A stretch of 20,000 bases of DNA from NCBI GenBank assembly GCA_043825735.1, contig JBDRRP010000105.1, forward strand, positions 47,538 to 67,537. Reading direction: 5' to 3'. Below are positions 17,155 to 20,000 of this stretch, one piece after another. The notes beneath the pieces were generated by a model. The model searched no databases. It was not told the origin of the DNA and saw only the letters and a program-made list of their open reading frames with translations. Position 1 is the first letter of the stretch, and the number at the start of each line of letters is the position of its first letter. The DNA comes from Pseudomonadota bacterium (GTDB lineage Bacteria > Desulfobacterota > Desulfobacteria > Desulfobacterales > JBDRRP01). Made by a program: the position numbers and the translations under genes.

Positions 17155-18018
17155 ATGACCGACGTTGCCGTTACCGCAGACCAGATCGCCCGTGCCGTAG
17201 AAGACATCGCCAAACGACGCCCGGCCTATCGCCCCCTCTTGGACTACTACGGACGCATGTTCGCAGCCCAGGCAGCGGCCCGGCAGCGCATCCAGCTGCC
17301 GCCGCCCGTCGTGACCGAAGAAGAAACCGCACAGCGCAGGCAAAACGGTTTCGCCCTGCTCGGCCTGTCCGATTTTACCGTGGATATCAAAGGGTGCATC
17401 GCACTGCTGCGGGAGCTGTGCGCCATACTGGCCGCCACTCGTCCCGAAAGCGCCGCAGCGGCGATCGCGCTGGCCACTGAAATCGAGAGCGGCGAGCGCG
17501 ATGCCGCGGCGCTCTTTCGCGCCGTGCTGGAGGAAACCGATGCGGTCGTAGCCGATGCCGCCGAAAAGACCGGTCTGGCGGCAGATCTGTTGGCGGCGCT
17601 GCTCTATCAAAGCATGGAGCCATCACTGCAGCACATCAGCAGCCAGGCTGCCGCGCTGCTGCCCGCCGATACCCCGCCCCACACAGCCCACTGCCCTGTC
17701 TGCGGCAGTGATCCGGTAATCTCCGCCATCGCCGCCGACGGCAATCGCACGCTGCTGTGCGGCTTCTGCTGGCACCGATGGCCGGTGCGCCGGGTCGCCT
17801 GCCCCCATTGCGGTGACGCCGCCGCCGGCAACCGCGAATACCTCTACGACCCCGCCGAAAAGGAATACCGGGTGGATGTGTGCAAAATCTGCCGGCGGTA
17901 CATGAAAACCGTCGATCTGCGGCAGATCACCCGCCCGTTCTACCCGCCCCTGGAGCAGGTGGCCACCCTGCACCTGGATATGCTGGCCAAAGAGAAGGGG
18001 TTTATCACGGGGCCATAA
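17155..18018 (+). CDS. fdhE: Formate dehydrogenase accessory protein FdhE
   Basis: Four CxxC pairs (CPVCG, CGFC..W...R..CPHCG, CKIC..YMKTVD) and C-terminal LATLHLD-like motif (VATLHLDMLAKEKGF). Adjacent to fdhAB. Confidence 0.9.
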   Translation: MTDVAVTADQIARAVEDIAKRRPAYRPLLDYYGRMFAAQAAARQRIQLPPPVVTEEETAQRRQNGFALLGLSDFTVDIKGCIALLRELCAILAATRPESAAAAIALATEIESGERDAAALFRAVLEETDAVVADAAEKTGLAADLLAALLYQSMEPSLQHISSQAAALLPADTPPHTAHCPVCGSDPVISAIAADGNRTLLCGFCWHRWPVRRVACPHCGDAAAGNREYLYDPAEKEYRVDVCKICRRYMKTVDLRQITRPFYPPLEQVATLHLDMLAKEKGFITGP

Positions 18019-18020
18019 GC

Positions 18021-18146
18021 CGGATGTTGACATTGCCCGCACCATTGAAGGGGAACCACGAAGAACACGAAGTGCACGAAGAAGACCCTAAGATAAAGAG
18101 GGTATTAAAATCTTCGTGTCCTTCGTGAACTTCGTGGTGATCAAAA
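18021..18146. repeat. Palindromic element with 9-bp-period CACGAAG/CTTCGTG tandem repeats (copy B, inverted relative to copy A)
   Basis: CACGAAG at 18057, 18066 and 18075; CTTCGTG at 18112, 18121 and 18130; ends GGTGATCAAAA. Lies between the convergent fdhE and kinase genes. Confidence 0.85.
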
Positions 18147-18177
18147 CATGCGCCGTGGCATTTGCGGCGGTTGCAGA

Positions 18178-20000
18178 CTATCCGACGGCCGGAAACACCA
18201 GCCGGAAAGTCGTGCCCCGGCCTTCCTCGCTGGCCACATCGATGCGCCCGCCGTAGTCCCTGACGATGCCGTTGGTGATCGACAGCCCCAGCCCCATGCC
18301 TTCGCCCATCTGCTTGGTCGTGAAAAACGCCTCGAAGATGCTCTTGCGCACAGCGGCCGGGATGCCGATGCCGGTATCGGCAATGGAGACAAACACCTGC
18401 CTGTCTTCCAGGCCCGAACGGATGGCGATTTCCGGGGTTCCGTCGGTGATGCCGGCTTCCTGCTTCTGAATGATGGCGTCGCGGGCGTTGGTCACCAGGT
18501 TGAAAATCACCTGTTCCAGCCGGTTGTGATGGGCGAAAATCATCGGCAGCGCCGGGTCCAGATCCATCCGAATGCGGATGTTTTGAAGACTGAGCTGCTT
18601 GCCGACGATATCGATGACAGACTGGATGGGGCGGTTGATACAGATGCGGTCCCGGGCGAAATCCGCTTTTCGACCGAAATCCCGCAGCCGGATGATGATA
18701 CCGGCGGCCCGGTCCACCTGGGCGCTGATCTCCCGGACGACCTCGGTCAGATCATCCAGCGTCAACCGATCCCCTTTTTCAGCCACCATCTCCAGATATT
18801 CGCTGCCCATCTTGATGGCATTGAGGGGCTGGTTGAGCTCATGAGCGATGCCTGCCGACATTTCTCCCAGGGTGGTCATCTTGCTGGCCTGTATGAGCTG
18901 GCTGTCTTTCTCCACCATTTCGGTGATATCGGTGGTGGCCACAATGATGGCCTCACGCCCCTGGTACCTTGTTGGGCTGGCATGAACGTTGACATACAGC
19001 GGGATGCTGTTTTTTCTGAAGTACTGCACCTTGGCGCTCACCATCCGGTAATGATGGCCCTCTCCCAACGCCGCGGCGCTGGTGACCGGAAGGTCGTCCA
19101 CCGCCAGGGGTCCGAGCCCGGTAAACGAGCGCCCCACCAATTCCTCCGGCCCGTACCCGTAGGTTTCCTGGGCCGAAGGGTTCGCGTCCAGAATGATCAA
19201 CGTGCTGCGGTCCACGACGAAGATGGGATTGGGCCCCCCGGCAAACAAGGATCGGTATTTTTCTTCCGATTCCTTGAGCTGCACCTGTGAGTGCCGGATA
19301 CGATGGGTGATCTGGATAAAAGACGCCCGCAGCTGCTGCACTTCGTCTCTGATGACCGGAGCCTCGGCCCCGGGGCGCAGCGGGCCATACTCACCGTCCA
19401 CAATACCGTGGAGCGGTTCTGAGACCTCGGTTACCATGGCCGCGTCACCGCTGCTGATGTCTTCGGTGATGCGGATCAATTCCGAAATCGGCCGGGTGAT
19501 GTATCTGACCAGCGCGTGGCTGATATAGAAGAAAAAGAGGGTCACCACCGACACGAATCCCAGAAACGTGGTCCTGAGCTTGGCGATCAGCTGATCGATG
19601 TGGCCTTTGTTGAGCCCCAGGTGGACGGTCCCGATCCGATAGATGCCTTCTTTAACCGGAACGGCGATGTCGTAAACCGTATTGGCCTCGAGAGTGAGCA
19701 GGGTGATGCTCTGGGCCGCCTCATCGGGCAGCGGGTTGGCATCGATCAACTGGGCGGGAAACGGCTCGACGAACGTGTGGGACAGCACGGTGTTTTCCTT
19801 GTCCAGGATATAGACATAGGTGACCAGCTGTTTGCGCTCCCCGAGGCGGGCATCGAAAAGCAGGCTCACCAGTTCGGGGATATTCTCGGTGACGATATAG
19901 CTGCGGCTGCCCTCCGCGATGCTGTTGGCGATCCCCAAGCCCCTGTGCTGAAGCTCGTTGGTGAGACTGGAAATGAGCACCCACCGGGTAAACAGGGCGA
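18178..20000 (-). CDS. Membrane sensor histidine kinase (TM-HAMP-PAS-HisKA-HATPase), 5' end outside the window
   Basis: The frame is open to the window edge (..ALFTRWVLIS). TM segment FLGFVSVVTLFFFYIS, HAMP start ITRPISEL, PAS region SEEKYRSLF..PNPIFVVD..DANP, H-box GEMSAGIAHELNQPL, N-box EQVIFNLVTNARDA, DTGIGI, FFTTK and GMGLGLSI. Confidence 0.93.
   Translation of the reverse strand, partial: ALFTRWVLISSLTNELQHRGLGIANSIAEGSRSYIVTENIPELVSLLFDARLGERKQLVTYVYILDKENTVLSHTFVEPFPAQLIDANPLPDEAAQSITLLTLEANTVYDIAVPVKEGIYRIGTVHLGLNKGHIDQLIAKLRTTFLGFVSVVTLFFFYISHALVRYITRPISELIRITEDISSGDAAMVTEVSEPLHGIVDGEYGPLRPGAEAPVIRDEVQQLRASFIQITHRIRHSQVQLKESEEKYRSLFAGGPNPIFVVDRSTLIILDANPSAQETYGYGPEELVGRSFTGLGPLAVDDLPVTSAAALGEGHHYRMVSAKVQYFRKNSIPLYVNVHASPTRYQGREAIIVATTDITEMVEKDSQLIQASKMTTLGEMSAGIAHELNQPLNAIKMGSEYLEMVAEKGDRLTLDDLTEVVREISAQVDRAAGIIIRLRDFGRKADFARDRICINRPIQSVIDIVGKQLSLQNIRIRMDLDPALPMIFAHHNRLEQVIFNLVTNARDAIIQKQEAGITDGTPEIAIRSGLEDRQVFVSIADTGIGIPAAVRKSIFEAFFTTKQMGEGMGLGLSITNGIVRDYGGRIDVASEEGRGTTFRLVFPAVG

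Noticed and set aside
17880..18128. Small ORFs over the repeat elements (HEEHEVHEE here; LRVLRDL in 12646..12966)
   Set aside because: The periodic peptides are translation artefacts of the 9-bp DNA repeats.

Overview
GC-rich bacterial window; the gene content suggests a Desulfobacterota / sulfate-reducer-like organism (inference). From left to right: (1) the 3' part of a + strand cluster of four probably exported proteins of unknown function (FN3/beta-helix protein, LPP20-like protein with a coiled-coil insert, FlgT-N-like protein, second LPP20-like paralog); (2) a - strand panC-metK-ahcY operon; (3) a REC-STAS response regulator divergent from a large MalT-like STAND NTPase with a C-terminal SARP/BTAD module; (4) a Tat-exported, selenocysteine-containing formate dehydrogenase fdhAB (the two ORF-track pieces are one gene read through UGA, followed by a SECIS-like hairpin) plus fdhE; (5) a truncated HAMP-PAS histidine kinase on the - strand. 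The most notable non-coding signals are two homologous ~130-bp palindromic elements built from 9-bp-period CACGAAG repeats that bracket fdhAB-fdhE in inverted orientation, an 11-bp-period GTAACC direct repeat and a multi-hairpin leader upstream of fdhA, and a second REP-like family. All family assignments come from motif recognition by eye, not from database searches.
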